DNA from: an uncultured Candidatus Saccharibacteria bacterium
GTDB taxonomy: Bacteria > Patescibacteriota > Minisyncoccia > Portnoybacterales > UBA2143
Assembly: GCA_964403725.1 (NCBI GenBank)
Contig: CAYOHI010000005.1
Coordinates: 3,368-67,367, forward strand
Length of the DNA: 64,000 nt
Reading direction: 5' to 3'
Shown one piece after another: positions 27,133-37,204 of the stretch; the stretch's first letter is position 1, and each line of letters starts with the position of its first letter. The position numbers and the translations under genes were made by a program. The notes beneath the pieces are model-generated. The model saw nothing but the letters and a program-made list of their open reading frames with translations, was not told the DNA's origin and made no database searches.

Positions 27133-28362
27133 TTAACCGATCTTTTTCATTCCGCCCATGTATTCCCTCAATGCTTTAGGAATCTTGACGCTTCCGTCTT
27201 TCTGCTGGTAGTTTTCAATAATGGAGATGAGGATACGGCCGATGGCAAAGGCAGTTCCGTTCAAGGTATGGACAAGCTTTACTCCATCCTTATCCTTGTA
27301 TCTAGTATTCAATCTGCGTGACTGGTAATCAGTACAGTTGCTGGTCGAATGGGTCTCTCTGTATGTATTCTGGCCAGGCATCCAGGTTTCAATATCATAA
27401 GTTGAAGCTGAAGATGTTGAAATATCTCCGGTTGCCAGATGGACAACCTGATACGGCAGCTTTAACATCTTCATTAATTTTTCCTGCATAGCTAGAAGCA
27501 ACTCGTGCTCTTTTGGAGAATCTTCTGGCTTGCAGAAGGTGAACATTTCAATCTTATCAAATTGATGAACTCTCAGAATACCTCTGGTATCTTTGCCGTA
27601 TGCTCCAGCTTCGCGACGGAAACAGGTGGAAAAGCCGAAATATCTCTTAGGCAGATCCTTTTCATTAAACGTTTCATCTATATGCATAGCTCCGATTGAC
27701 TGTTCTGAAGTTCCTACTAGATAGAGATCGTCTTTTGCCAGATGATAGACCTCCTCACTATCAGATTTCTTATCCAAAAACCCCATGGCAGCCATAGCTT
27801 TGCCAGTAAGCATTACTGGCGGGACAACTGGCGTAAATCCTTCTTTGACTAAGACAGTTGATGCTAATTGGATCAAAGCAAATTCTAACATAGCTGCCTC
27901 GCCTTTAAGGTATCCGAATCTGGAGCCCGAGGCCCTAGCTGCTCTTTTGACGTCGATAATATCTAATTCCTCAGCAATATCCAGATAGTCTTTGGGCCCA
28001 AAACTGAATTTAGTCTTTTCGCCTTCTTGTCTCAATACCTTATTAGCGCTTTCATCTTTACCTACTGGAACATTTTCTAGTGGCATATTGGGAATGAGCT
28101 TCATTATTCCTTTGAATTCATCCTGTAGCTTATCTAATTCAGGCTCTAATTCCTTAATTTTCTTTTTTAATTCTTTGGCTTTGTCTCTGTCTTCTTTACC
28201 CAGTTTGTTCTGTTCTGCTTTTAGGCTTTCTGTTTCTTGTAATAGCTTTCTTTTCTGCTTGTCAATTTCTAGCAAACGATCAATATCGCAATGAACATTT
28301 TTCTTCTGGCATCCCTTTTTGATTTCATCGGGGTTTTCCCGAATATATTTAATATCTAACAT
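27133..28362 (-). CDS. serS: serine--tRNA ligase
   Basis: N-terminal coiled-coil MLDIKYIRENPDEI..., class II motifs FRREAGAYGKDTRGILRVHQFDKIE, GTAFAIGRIL. Confidence 0.95.
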   Translation of the reverse strand: MLDIKYIRENPDEIKKGCQKKNVHCDIDRLLEIDKQKRKLLQETESLKAEQNKLGKEDRDKAKELKKKIKELEPELDKLQDEFKGIMKLIPNMPLENVPVGKDESANKVLRQEGEKTKFSFGPKDYLDIAEELDIIDVKRAARASGSRFGYLKGEAAMLEFALIQLASTVLVKEGFTPVVPPVMLTGKAMAAMGFLDKKSDSEEVYHLAKDDLYLVGTSEQSIGAMHIDETFNEKDLPKRYFGFSTCFRREAGAYGKDTRGILRVHQFDKIEMFTFCKPEDSPKEHELLLAMQEKLMKMLKLPYQVVHLATGDISTSSASTYDIETWMPGQNTYRETHSTSNCTDYQSRRLNTRYKDKDGVKLVHTLNGTAFAIGRILISIIENYQQKDGSVKIPKALREYMGGMKKIG

Positions 28363-28382
28363 GTTTTTATCCTTTTTTAATT

Positions 28383-28682
28383 TTAATTGACTTCCAGTCC
28401 GTTGCTTTCATCTTCTTTGTCTTCGGTCTGGGAAACGCACCAGTCAATGCATTCCTCTGAATTTTTATCCTGTCCCTTCATACAGTCAATATGGCAAGAA
28501 GATTTAATAATCGGACTCTCATTGTTTTCGATATTAATTTGTTCGTTGTTTGATGGCAGATTTATGGATCCACCACCTGAATTTGATGAATAGAAAGAAT
28601 AGGCCATAAAGCCGGCTCCTGCAAAAGTACCTAGAACGACAAACCAGACAATCAAGCTCAATTTTGCAAAACCTTTGCTCAT
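28383..28682 (-). CDS. small membrane-anchored protein with paired CxxxC motifs, hypothetical
   Basis: N-terminal TM LSLIVWFVVLGTFAGAGFMAY; CHIDC ... CIDWC. Confidence 0.4.
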   Translation of the reverse strand: MSKGFAKLSLIVWFVVLGTFAGAGFMAYSFYSSNSGGGSINLPSNNEQINIENNESPIIKSSCHIDCMKGQDKNSEECIDWCVSQTEDKEDESNGLEVN

Positions 28683-29236
28683 AGACCTAATTCATCGCTA
28701 ATTTCCTGCATGGCCTTTAGGCCGATTTCAACAAATTCTTCCAGGGTCAGATCGATATCGGAACACTTAGCGATAATTTCTCTATTAGCCCCGCGGGCAA
28801 AATGGTTGTCTTTAAATCTCTTTAAAACTGATTCTGCTTTCAGATCAGTTAGCTTCTTGCTTGGCAGGACCAAAGTTGCTGCAACGATCAAGCCCGTCAA
28901 AGGATCAGCGCAATAGATTGATTTTTCCAGTTTTGTTTCTCTTTTCTTGCCAGTTTCTTCATTGTGCGCTTTGACTGCTTCAATGATGACTGGATCTACT
29001 CCTTCTTTTTCCAGCATTTCAGCAGCAATCAATCCGTGCTTTGACGGATCTTCGCGATAGTCATGGATTTCCATATCCAGATCATGGATCAGTCCGGCCA
29101 GAGCCCAGACTACCTCGTCTTCATTGAACTTGCGGGCCAAAGCCTTCATTATGGCTTCGGTAGCCAGCATATGCTTGACACTATTGCTATTCTTTACGTG
29201 GCTATGGATTAAATTTAAGGCTTGTTCCCTATTCAT
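28679..29236 (-). CDS. HD-domain phosphohydrolase
   Basis: H...HDLD metal-binding motif (LIHDLDME) and a downstream D in a ~185 aa helical protein. Confidence 0.65.
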   Translation of the reverse strand: MNREQALNLIHSHVKNSNSVKHMLATEAIMKALARKFNEDEVVWALAGLIHDLDMEIHDYREDPSKHGLIAAEMLEKEGVDPVIIEAVKAHNEETGKKRETKLEKSIYCADPLTGLIVAATLVLPSKKLTDLKAESVLKRFKDNHFARGANREIIAKCSDIDLTLEEFVEIGLKAMQEISDELGL

Positions 29237-30683
29237 TGTTTTTAGGTTTCATTAATGGGAATATTTGGCATTCTCTTACCGGCTTATTAGCCAAAAAACT
29301 GAAGACTCTTTCTGACATGCCAAAGCCGCAAGTCGGCGGCATGCCGTATTCCAAAGCCTCGACAAAATCCTTGTCATTCATCTGGGCTTCCTCATCGCCG
29401 CTTTCCCTCATTTTTTGCTGTTCGGCAAATCTTTCTGCCTGGTCTATAGGGTCATTCAATTCGCTGTATCCATTGCCTAATTCGCTGCCAGCGATAATCG
29501 GATGGAAGCGCTGGGTGATTTCAGGGTTCTTGTCATCTTTTTTAGCTAATGGAGAAACAGCTAAAGGAACATTGACCAGGAAGCCAGGTCCGGCAATCTG
29601 CTTGCGGCAGTATTTCCAAAGATTATCCACTGCTCTTGTCTTGTTGAATCCCTTCTTGTCATATTCGACTCCCAATTCTTTCAATTTGCTTTCAATTTCC
29701 TTAATATCTGCCTTAAGGATGTCTACTTTGGTCATTTTCTTGACTGTTTCTACATAATCATACCTCTCCCATTTCTTATCCAGGTCAATATTGAAATCTC
29801 TAATCTTAAATTCAAGGGTACCAAAGGTTTCTTTGGCTACTTTTTTAAACAGTTCTTCAACCAGATCCATTCCCTGATTATAGTCTGCGTAAGCCCAGTA
29901 GAATTCCATCTGGGAATAATCCTGCAGGTGTTCTGCATCCATGCCTTCGTTCCTGAATTGCCTACCGATTTCAAAGGTTTTTTCAAAGCCAGCTACCATC
30001 AATCTCTTTTGCCATAGCTCACCCATGGAAATCCTTAAGAATATTTCCATATCCAAGGCATTGTGATGGGTTACGAACGGCTTGGCATCGGCTCCGCCAG
30101 TAGTCACTTCCAGAACTGGTGTCTCTACTTCTATGAATTCCTTATCAAGCATGAAATTGCGGATGCTATTCCAGAATTTTGCCTTTTTGATGAATAGGTC
30201 TTTGATTTCCGGATTAAAAAGGATATCCAGATATCTTTTTCTTAATTTCTCTTCTTCATCCTTTATTCCATGGAATTTCTCCGGCAAGGGAGAGATGCTT
30301 TTGGTCAGCATCTTGTATTCTTTTGCCAAAAGCGTCTTTTCTTCCTTTTTAGTTACAAAAAGATTTCCTTTTATCTCAATGAAGTCTCCAATATCGAAAT
30401 TGTCTTGGAAGAATTTGTATTCCTTATCCCCTAGTTCGTCTTTTTTGAAATATGCCTGGAATTTAGCTGTGCCATCCTCGATATGGACGAAGCAGGATCC
30501 GCCATGGCCCCGGATGGTCCTCAGTCTTCCGACTAAAGTCATTTCTTGTCCATCTTTAAAATCATCTATTGCCTCTTGGCAAGTATGGGTCCTGTCAGTC
30601 GTGGCTGGATAGGGATTAATTCCGGATTTCTTAATCCTTTCGAGCTTCTCTATTCTATTTTGTTTGATTTCATCGATAGCCAT
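29229..30683 (-). CDS. lysS: lysine--tRNA ligase (class II)
   Basis: OB-fold N-terminus, FIEVETPVL, FEIGRQFRNEG, GFGMSERV...; 484 aa. Confidence 0.95.
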   Translation of the reverse strand: MAIDEIKQNRIEKLERIKKSGINPYPATTDRTHTCQEAIDDFKDGQEMTLVGRLRTIRGHGGSCFVHIEDGTAKFQAYFKKDELGDKEYKFFQDNFDIGDFIEIKGNLFVTKKEEKTLLAKEYKMLTKSISPLPEKFHGIKDEEEKLRKRYLDILFNPEIKDLFIKKAKFWNSIRNFMLDKEFIEVETPVLEVTTGGADAKPFVTHHNALDMEIFLRISMGELWQKRLMVAGFEKTFEIGRQFRNEGMDAEHLQDYSQMEFYWAYADYNQGMDLVEELFKKVAKETFGTLEFKIRDFNIDLDKKWERYDYVETVKKMTKVDILKADIKEIESKLKELGVEYDKKGFNKTRAVDNLWKYCRKQIAGPGFLVNVPLAVSPLAKKDDKNPEITQRFHPIIAGSELGNGYSELNDPIDQAERFAEQQKMRESGDEEAQMNDKDFVEALEYGMPPTCGFGMSERVFSFLANKPVRECQIFPLMKPKNNE

Positions 30684-30684
30684 A

Positions 30685-31149
30685 TTATTTTATGCCCATA
30701 ATTTTGTATTTAACTTTGCCTTTTGGTGTTTCCACCTCTATTATATCACCAATTTCCCTATCTAAAAAGGCCTTGCCCAAAGGAGATTCATTGGATATCT
30801 TTCCTTCCATTGGATCTGCTTCCTGGGATCCCACGATCATGAAGGTCTGCTTGCTCGAACCGTTGCTCATCATCTTCACTTCAATGACAGCTCCTACCTT
30901 GACTCTCTTCTGGCCTTTTCTGGCCGGTTTGAGAACAGCTGATTCCTTAATGATGGTATCCAGTTCCATAATCTTGCCTTCATTAAAAGATTGGGCTTCC
31001 TTAGCTGAAGTGTATTCTGCATTTTCACTTAAATCACCTAGTGATTTGGCTTCATCCAAACGCCTAGCAATCTCTTGTCGTTTGGTTGTCTGCCTATCTT
31101 TCAACTCTTTTTTGAGTTTCTCTAGGCCCTCTGGTGAAATATATTTCAT
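30685..31149 (-). CDS. greA: transcription elongation factor GreA
   Basis: MKYISPEGLEKLKKELKDR...GDLSENAEY...; 154 aa; stop of lysS abuts it. Confidence 0.9.
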   Translation of the reverse strand: MKYISPEGLEKLKKELKDRQTTKRQEIARRLDEAKSLGDLSENAEYTSAKEAQSFNEGKIMELDTIIKESAVLKPARKGQKRVKVGAVIEVKMMSNGSSKQTFMIVGSQEADPMEGKISNESPLGKAFLDREIGDIIEVETPKGKVKYKIMGIK

Positions 31150-31209
31150 ATATTTTGTTTTTTGTAACCATGAATGTTTAAGAAATTAAACATTTAAGCC
31201 ACTTGTTAT

Positions 31210-33141
31210 TTAATTTTTTTCTTTGAAATACCAATTTAAGATTTGTTTGGCTGTAGGTACAGCCGCTTCATGTCCTTCGCCTCCGGCTTCTACCAGGACG
31301 ACGATGGCGATCTCTGGACTGTCATACGGCGCGTAGCCGATAAACCAGGAATGCGTTTCTCCTTGGTTTCCGAATTGGGCTGTTCCTGTCTTGCCGGCCG
31401 CTTTGACTGGCAGACTGGATAAGGATCTGGCTGAGCCGCTGATGACTGCTTCCCGCATGCCTTTTTGAACCATTTCAATGTTTGAAGGTGAAACGAAGTC
31501 TTGGTTAGCTGCCTGACTAGGGACATCTTTAACCAAACGGCCGTCTGTGTCAATGATTTTATCAATAATTTGGGGTTGATACAAGGTACCCCCGTTGGCG
31601 ATACTGGCTGCAGCCGAGGCCATCTGCAATGGAGTCACTAGGATATCTCCTTGGCCGATTGACAGATGATACGTATCACCCAAATACCATTCTTCATCTT
31701 TGTTCTCTTCTTTCCATTGCTTGTCTGGAATCAGTCCTTCTTCTTCATGGGGCAGATCAATGCCGGTAGCTTTGCCTAATCCGAATTTTGACAGATATTC
31801 CTTGATCCTATCGATCCCCAGCCCCTCTATGTTGTTATGCCCGCCGCCCACGGCATAGAAGAAGACATTGCAAGATTCAGCAATGGCGTGGATGACATCA
31901 GCCGAGCCGTGCGTTTTCCAGTCAGGAAAACGGTAAACAATCTCTGGATTATACTTATTATATATATTAATCACTCCTGGGCAGCTGACTTGCTGATAAG
32001 GACCCACAATATTCTCTTCCAGAGCAGCGGCAGCGATAAGGGGCTTGATGATTGAGCCTGATGGATATTGGCCTGACAAGGCCCTGTTTAGAAAAGGCTC
32101 GCTTGGATCGCTCTCCAGATCCTCTAAGTCGCTTTTTGAAATCCCTGAAGCAAACATATTGTTATCAAAGCTAGGTAGACTGACCAGAGCCAGTATTCCT
32201 CCGTTCCTCGGATCGATAGCTACGGCTGTAGCCTTCCTTTTCCTAGGATAGCCTAATTTCTTTAAAGTTTCACTTAAGCTGTCATACAGCTGGATCTGCA
32301 ATTCTTTGTTAACATGCAGAACCATGCCAAGTCCGGGACTTGCCGGCTTATCGGCCAGCAAGCGATGTGTCTTACCCAAAGAATCGACTTCAATCTGCTC
32401 TTGTCCAGGCTCTCCCCTCAGGATATCTTCATAGGAACACTCTAATCCGTCTTTGCCAATCTGGTCATTGAGCCAATAGTCCGGATTGTCCTTTAGATCT
32501 GACTGGTCGACTTGTCCGGTATAGCCGAGAATATGGGAGAAATATGGGCCAGAGACATATTGGCGCTGAGCATTCTTTTCCAAACGGATGCCGGGCCATT
32601 CGCCAACCAGAGTCTCTAAAACCAAAGCTGAAGACCTTTCAATTCCCTTGACTAGAGTCGCCTGACTGACCTCTCCCTTGGCCTCCTCTATTACATCCGT
32701 CAACTCTTCATTCTCTTTGCTCAATATTTCAGCTGTCGTATCAAGGATTTCTTTCTGCAGCTCTTCCGTGTTGTCAAAAAAATCATTCAAGCTTATGACC
32801 AAGTCAAAACTGGGAATATTGTAAACCAAGGGCTTTAATTCCTTATCATAGATGATGCCCCGGGGAGCGCTGATAGGATATATTCTCAAGCGGTTGCCTT
32901 GAGACAGGTCATGATAGTAGCTTCCCTTGACGACTTGCAGGTAGCCGGCCCGGCAGAATAGGGCGAAAAGACAGAGAGTGATGAAAGCAAAGAAAATTAT
33001 GAAGTTACGCGATTTGATGGGCTGTTCCAGTTTGCCTTTTTCTTCCATGGAACGGACTGCTTGGGCATCCAAAAAGATCTCCTCCGCTTCAATGCTTTCC
33101 CGATTGACATGCTTAACGAAATATTTTTTTAATCCCAACAT
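31210..33141 (-). CDS. mrdA: penicillin-binding protein 2 (peptidoglycan D,D-transpeptidase)
   Basis: N-terminal TM; SxxK (SIIK), SxN (SCN), KTG (KTGTAQ); immediately downstream of mreC-mreD. Confidence 0.85.
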   Translation of the reverse strand: MLGLKKYFVKHVNRESIEAEEIFLDAQAVRSMEEKGKLEQPIKSRNFIIFFAFITLCLFALFCRAGYLQVVKGSYYHDLSQGNRLRIYPISAPRGIIYDKELKPLVYNIPSFDLVISLNDFFDNTEELQKEILDTTAEILSKENEELTDVIEEAKGEVSQATLVKGIERSSALVLETLVGEWPGIRLEKNAQRQYVSGPYFSHILGYTGQVDQSDLKDNPDYWLNDQIGKDGLECSYEDILRGEPGQEQIEVDSLGKTHRLLADKPASPGLGMVLHVNKELQIQLYDSLSETLKKLGYPRKRKATAVAIDPRNGGILALVSLPSFDNNMFASGISKSDLEDLESDPSEPFLNRALSGQYPSGSIIKPLIAAAALEENIVGPYQQVSCPGVINIYNKYNPEIVYRFPDWKTHGSADVIHAIAESCNVFFYAVGGGHNNIEGLGIDRIKEYLSKFGLGKATGIDLPHEEEGLIPDKQWKEENKDEEWYLGDTYHLSIGQGDILVTPLQMASAAASIANGGTLYQPQIIDKIIDTDGRLVKDVPSQAANQDFVSPSNIEMVQKGMREAVISGSARSLSSLPVKAAGKTGTAQFGNQGETHSWFIGYAPYDSPEIAIVVLVEAGGEGHEAAVPTAKQILNWYFKEKN

Positions 33142-33589
33142 AGAGAATGGAAGAAATTAATAGATTGTATCCGACTTCTATTAATAGATGCTTAAAATTA
33201 AAGAATATATCAAATTGGAAAACCTTGCCTAGGCCAAATACTAGGAGGGCGTAAGCCAGGGTGCCTAGGATAACGAGGCTGTTCATTGTCCAGAACTTGA
33301 CCCCGGAGAAAATACTTCGATTGAAGCTATGGATCAGATACGCAGTTGTGACCAGGGCAAGGCTGGCTAATCCGAAAGGTAAACCCAAAAACAAATCGGC
33401 AAACAAGCCAGTCAGAAGCATCATCCACCAGACGCGCTCAAATCTTTTCAAGATTACCAGGAATAGGGATAGGATCAGGATTAAATTAGGCCCTGCTCCC
33501 CAAATGTCCATAAAAGGAATCAGAGTAGTCTGAAGAATGACTGAGAATATTAGGATGATAATAGCTAAGATCTTCTTAACGGCGCTCAT
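33113..33589 (-). CDS. mreD: rod shape-determining protein MreD
   Basis: 158 aa polytopic membrane protein between mreC and PBP2. Confidence 0.55.
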   Translation of the reverse strand: MSAVKKILAIIILIFSVILQTTLIPFMDIWGAGPNLILILSLFLVILKRFERVWWMMLLTGLFADLFLGLPFGLASLALVTTAYLIHSFNRSIFSGVKFWTMNSLVILGTLAYALLVFGLGKVFQFDIFFNFKHLLIEVGYNLLISSILYVGIKKIFR

Positions 33590-33591
33590 GA

Positions 33592-34386
33592 TTAATCCTT
33601 AATTACGAAAACTTTTATTAATTGATTGAAATTGACAGCTGGCTTTAGCCTGGCCATCTGGGAAATCTGGACATCTGAAGATATGATTTCTTCAATCTGG
33701 CCGATCAGTAAGCCGCCAGGCAAAAAACCGGCTAATCCTGAACTGATTACCAGCTGACCTTCCTCAATGGATTCACTTTGGGGCAACAGATCGATAATTA
33801 GGCCTTCGCCTTTTTCTCCCTTAACTAATCCTGTTATGGATGATTCCTGAATCAAGGCATTGACCCTAGCGCTCGAATCAACAATTGCCTGGACTTTAGA
33901 AAATGATCTGTTAACTTCTGTTACCTGGCCTACCAGAAGATTGCCGGCAGCAATGACGACTGATTTTTCTTTAATTCCATCCCTGTATCCCTTGTTAATT
34001 AAGAAATATCTCCTTAAGTCCGATGAATCCTGACCAACAATATTGGCCATGATCAATTCTTCCGGCTGATTTTCAGTCACGCTGATCTGCTGGCGAAGCA
34101 GCCCATTCTCACGGGCCACTTCATTTAACTGGCTCAATTCGCCCAAAAGCCTTTGGTTTTCTTCCTTCAGCTCATTATTCTGATTCTCTAGCTCATTAAC
34201 TGAAGAAAGAAAGTCAAAGAACCTATTAACTTGAAAAGAAACCCGGTAAGAAAGTTCTTCTCCGGGTGTAATGACAGAATACAAAATATTTTTTATCGGA
34301 TTAAGCCATCCTTGAGTATTGAATACGATAAGGGAACCGATAATCAGAAGGGATAAGACAAAAGGATGTGAAAAAATCTTTTTCAT
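33592..34386 (-). CDS. mreC: rod shape-determining protein MreC
   Basis: N-terminal TM, coiled coil LENQNNELKEENQRLLGELSQLNE, and a beta-domain with GQVTEV...GLIIDLLPQ. Confidence 0.8.
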   Translation of the reverse strand: MKKIFSHPFVLSLLIIGSLIVFNTQGWLNPIKNILYSVITPGEELSYRVSFQVNRFFDFLSSVNELENQNNELKEENQRLLGELSQLNEVARENGLLRQQISVTENQPEELIMANIVGQDSSDLRRYFLINKGYRDGIKEKSVVIAAGNLLVGQVTEVNRSFSKVQAIVDSSARVNALIQESSITGLVKGEKGEGLIIDLLPQSESIEEGQLVISSGLAGFLPGGLLIGQIEEIISSDVQISQMARLKPAVNFNQLIKVFVIKD

Positions 34387-34479
34387 GTGACCATTTTAAC
34401 AGAAAAACAAAAACCTGACAATCAAAGCAGACCGCCAGGCTTATGCGCCTGTTTTAAGTCAAACAATTAAGCTTGTATC

Positions 34480-34746
34480 TTACATTCCAGAACCATCTGC
34501 CGGCTTATTTTCCTCAGCAACTGGAGCCTCAGGCTCAACTGCCGGAGCTTCAGGTGCAGCTGGGGCTTCTGGGGCAGCTGGCGTTTCCGGAGAGACCGGA
34601 GCTTCAGGCATTTCGGGAGCAGCTGGAGCAACTGGAGTTTCTGGCATATCAGCAGCAACTGATGAACCGCTATCTTTTTTTCCAGACATCATCCAGAAAG
34701 CTAAGCCTCCGATGACTACTACAGCGATAATGATTATCCACCACAT
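34480..34746 (-). CDS. small membrane-anchored Pro/Ala/Glu repeat protein
   Basis: MWWIIIIAVVVIGGLAFWMM followed by (A/P)PE(A/M)P repeats. Confidence 0.45.
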   Translation of the reverse strand: MWWIIIIAVVVIGGLAFWMMSGKKDSGSSVAADMPETPVAPAAPEMPEAPVSPETPAAPEAPAAPEAPAVEPEAPVAEENKPADGSGM

Positions 34747-34843
34747 AAGTTAATCTCCTTTCTTCCCGTTAAAAACGAGAACTACTTATTAAGTTAATTC
34801 TAACACACCATTTGCAAAACAAAAAATATCAATTGTGGATAAG

Positions 34844-35557
34844 CTAAATTTTAGATCTGATGACTAAATATGGGAATTTAATGACCGCGTTATACATCCT
34901 TTTCACCCGCCAAGGCTGGCAGATCAGTCGCCAAAGCCATTCCAGTCCAATTTTTCTTACTGATTTGGGCGCTCTTTTGACTTTTCCTGAAATGAAATCA
35001 AAAGAGCCGCCTACTCCCATAGCCAGTCTGACTGAAGGAAGCTTGCTCAAATTATTTCTAATCCATTTTTCCTGCTTGGGAGCCCCTAGGGCTACGAAAA
35101 GAATCTCTGGCTGGCCTGAAACTTCTTCATGGCCTGATGAGATCTTTAAATCCGGATATTTTTCTTTCAATTTTTCAGCTGCTTTGTCTGAAATTCCCAT
35201 CTCAGCACCCATTAAAAAAACTGACCATTCTTTTTGGGCAGCTTGCTTGCAGATCTTATCCATCAGATCGACTCCCTGGATTCTTTCCTTTATCGGTTCT
35301 CTTAAGAATATTGAGGCATAAGTGAGACCGACTCCGTCAGGCACGCAAATATCGGCAGAGTTAAGGATTCTCTTAAAATCCTCATCTTTCTGGGCTTTGA
35401 CTAAGAATTCCGGATTAGGCGTGGTCAGATAGTGCTGGTCGCTGCTCTTTAAAAAGCCATTCACTTTCTCAAGGATTTCTCTTTTATTTAAATTATCGAT
35501 TTTTACATCTAATATCTTCATTCTTTCTTGTTTATAAAATAAAACTCCGCGGGGCAC
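34844..35557 (-). CDS. WecB/TagA/CpsF-family (GT26) glycosyltransferase (probable start at the internal Met, 35521)
   Basis: TTPNPEF, ICVPDGVG, ILFVALGAPKQEKW, MGVGGSFDFISGKVKRAP, GLEWLWRLICQPWRVKR - all signature blocks of GT26. Confidence 0.8.
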   Translation of the reverse strand: MPRGVLFYKQERMKILDVKIDNLNKREILEKVNGFLKSSDQHYLTTPNPEFLVKAQKDEDFKRILNSADICVPDGVGLTYASIFLREPIKERIQGVDLMDKICKQAAQKEWSVFLMGAEMGISDKAAEKLKEKYPDLKISSGHEEVSGQPEILFVALGAPKQEKWIRNNLSKLPSVRLAMGVGGSFDFISGKVKRAPKSVRKIGLEWLWRLICQPWRVKRMYNAVIKFPYLVIRSKI

Positions 35558-35575
35558 GAAGCGACGCGGAGGGAG
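35543..35575 (-). terminator. GC-rich hairpin terminator downstream of the toxin gene
   Basis: ctccgcg...cgcggag stem; on the minus strand followed by ttttatttt. Confidence 0.5.
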
Positions 35576-35616
35576 TTAACCACTAAAGCATATCAAAATA
35601 TAAGTCGCTTGGCAAG

Positions 35617-36009
35617 CTATTTTATTTTTTTCCACTCTCTAACAATAGTTGCCATCAAATAAGCATCATTAGTTCCATAAAGAATACATTTGAGTACTTT
35701 AAAAGATTTCTTAATATCTATTCTATCAAGTTTTCCTAGAGGCTGTTTATTGCTTAGGTCATGTATAGAATTCGTATCTCTACGATTAAAACAAATATAA
35801 CTATCTTTACTAAAGCACCGATATTTATCCTTAGATAGAACCACGGAAAATTGAAAAGTTTTCTTAGAGGTAATCACAGAACACAATAGATTATGTTCAT
35901 AATTCATAATCGCTGGAGGTAGCAAAACCAGAGCAAAGTGTGGAGCTGATTTATTTGTATCAGTAAAAAAATATTTCTTAAAATGCAAAATGTTAGCAAT
36001 ATTATACAT
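35617..36009 (-). CDS. putative toxin partnered with the Panacea antitoxin (PanT-like; no confident family, weak MazF/PemK-like pattern)
   Basis: 130 aa; ATG is 2 nt after the stop of the upstream Panacea gene; basic; HFALVLLP ... ITSK ... LGKLDRIDIKKSFKVLKCIL loosely fits the PemK topology. Confidence 0.5.
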   Translation of the reverse strand: MYNIANILHFKKYFFTDTNKSAPHFALVLLPPAIMNYEHNLLCSVITSKKTFQFSVVLSKDKYRCFSKDSYICFNRRDTNSIHDLSNKQPLGKLDRIDIKKSFKVLKCILYGTNDAYLMATIVREWKKIK

Positions 36010-36011
36010 TT

Positions 36012-36542
36012 TTAGCCAGCAACCAAATCAACTATATCTTCATCTAAAGGAATTAAACTAAAATCTAGTTGATGTCCTTTTAAAACACCTCTTTTGCCTT
36101 TCTTCTCTTCTTTTTGTATATCTTTCATCGGCTCAGTATCATAAGCTATCTTTTTAAGATTAGTAATTGTTAGATACATATATGATTCAAGAATACTATT
36201 AATGAACAGTTTTTCTGATTCCTCAAGATTAAAATTCTTAATATTCTTTTTCAAAGAAATACAATGCCTAGCATAGGGATAATTTTGCTTTTTAACTTCT
36301 TTTATTTCTATGAATTTATTTTCTAAATCAGATAATGCATTATAAATATCGATAGATATTGGCCCATTTTTATCTCGGACAAAAGAGACATTAGAATCGA
36401 AAAAAGTCTTACCAGTAAATTTATAAGACTCAACCTCCAATAAGTAAAGCAGCTTGAACAGCTCAATCTTGGAAAGATTATCTTTCTCTTTTTGCTTTGC
36501 TCTAGTTAATAAGTATAAAATTATACTCTCTATCCTAGTCAT
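36012..36542 (-). CDS. Panacea-domain (DUF4065, SocA/PanA-like) antitoxin
   Basis: IESIILYLLTRAKQKEKDNLSKIELFKLLYLLEVESYKFTGKTFFDSNVSFVRDKNGPISIDIYNAL matches the DUF4065 core (L.KLKLqKLLY... F.AW..GPV...Y). Confidence 0.7.
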   Translation of the reverse strand: MTRIESIILYLLTRAKQKEKDNLSKIELFKLLYLLEVESYKFTGKTFFDSNVSFVRDKNGPISIDIYNALSDLENKFIEIKEVKKQNYPYARHCISLKKNIKNFNLEESEKLFINSILESYMYLTITNLKKIAYDTEPMKDIQKEEKKGKRGVLKGHQLDFSLIPLDEDIVDLVAG

Positions 36543-36595
36543 AAACTAAACTTTTATACGGATATTATAACAAAAAAAATAGAAATAGGCAACAA

Positions 36596-37162
36596 CTACA
36601 TTCCCAGTTCAATTGATTCTAAAACGGAATATTCAGCCCCACCTCTTGATAAGCGGCTTTCCATAACCTTGATTTCCTCAACAGGTATGATAAAGGAAAC
36701 TTCTTTTTTAATCTTTGGCTGTTCTGCTAATTCTTTCCATTCGCTCTGCTTGATTCTAGCTAAGGTAATATGGGGATTAAAAGCCTTTTCTATCTTACTA
36801 TTAAAGCCGCTGCCGCTTGAATTGAGCAGAGTGCCTTCTAGATTGCCTCTTAATCTGGCAAGTTCATCGCTTTTTTCGCCTGCCAGCCAGATCATCCTGG
36901 GCGGCCGTCCTGGCGGACCGAAAAGAATTTGCTTGAATTTAATTTCAAAAGGATTATGTTCTCCTCCGACTTGTTTTGCCAGATTGCAAACTTCCAGCAT
37001 TTCATCATCGCTAACATAGCCGATGAAGACCAGGGTAATATGGAGATTATTCTTCCTGATCCAGCGCACTGGCAAATCAAACCATTTTTCCTGGAATGAT
37101 ACTAGTTTCTTCTTAACCTTATCAGGCAGGTCTATGGCAATAAAGAGGCGTCTTCTGTTCAT
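36596..37162 (-). CDS. thpR: RNA 2',3'-cyclic phosphodiesterase (2H phosphoesterase, LigT/ThpR)
   Basis: Two H-x-T-x motifs (NLHITLVFIG and NPHITLARI); start taken at the internal Met (MNRRRLFIAIDLP); the ORF track extends to 37222. Confidence 0.75.
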   Translation of the reverse strand: MNRRRLFIAIDLPDKVKKKLVSFQEKWFDLPVRWIRKNNLHITLVFIGYVSDDEMLEVCNLAKQVGGEHNPFEIKFKQILFGPPGRPPRMIWLAGEKSDELARLRGNLEGTLLNSSGSGFNSKIEKAFNPHITLARIKQSEWKELAEQPKIKKEVSFIIPVEEIKVMESRLSRGGAEYSVLESIELGM

Positions 37163-37204
37163 ACTTGAAGTATAGCAGAAGGGATGTATAATGGAAATAG
37201 AGAT

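Noticed and set aside
34480-34746. Short tandem nucleotide repeats that could be mistaken for a CRISPR or satellite array
   Set aside because: The repeats are in-frame codon repeats encoding (A/P)PE(A/M)P in a small membrane-anchored ORF. There is no repeat-spacer architecture anywhere in the window.
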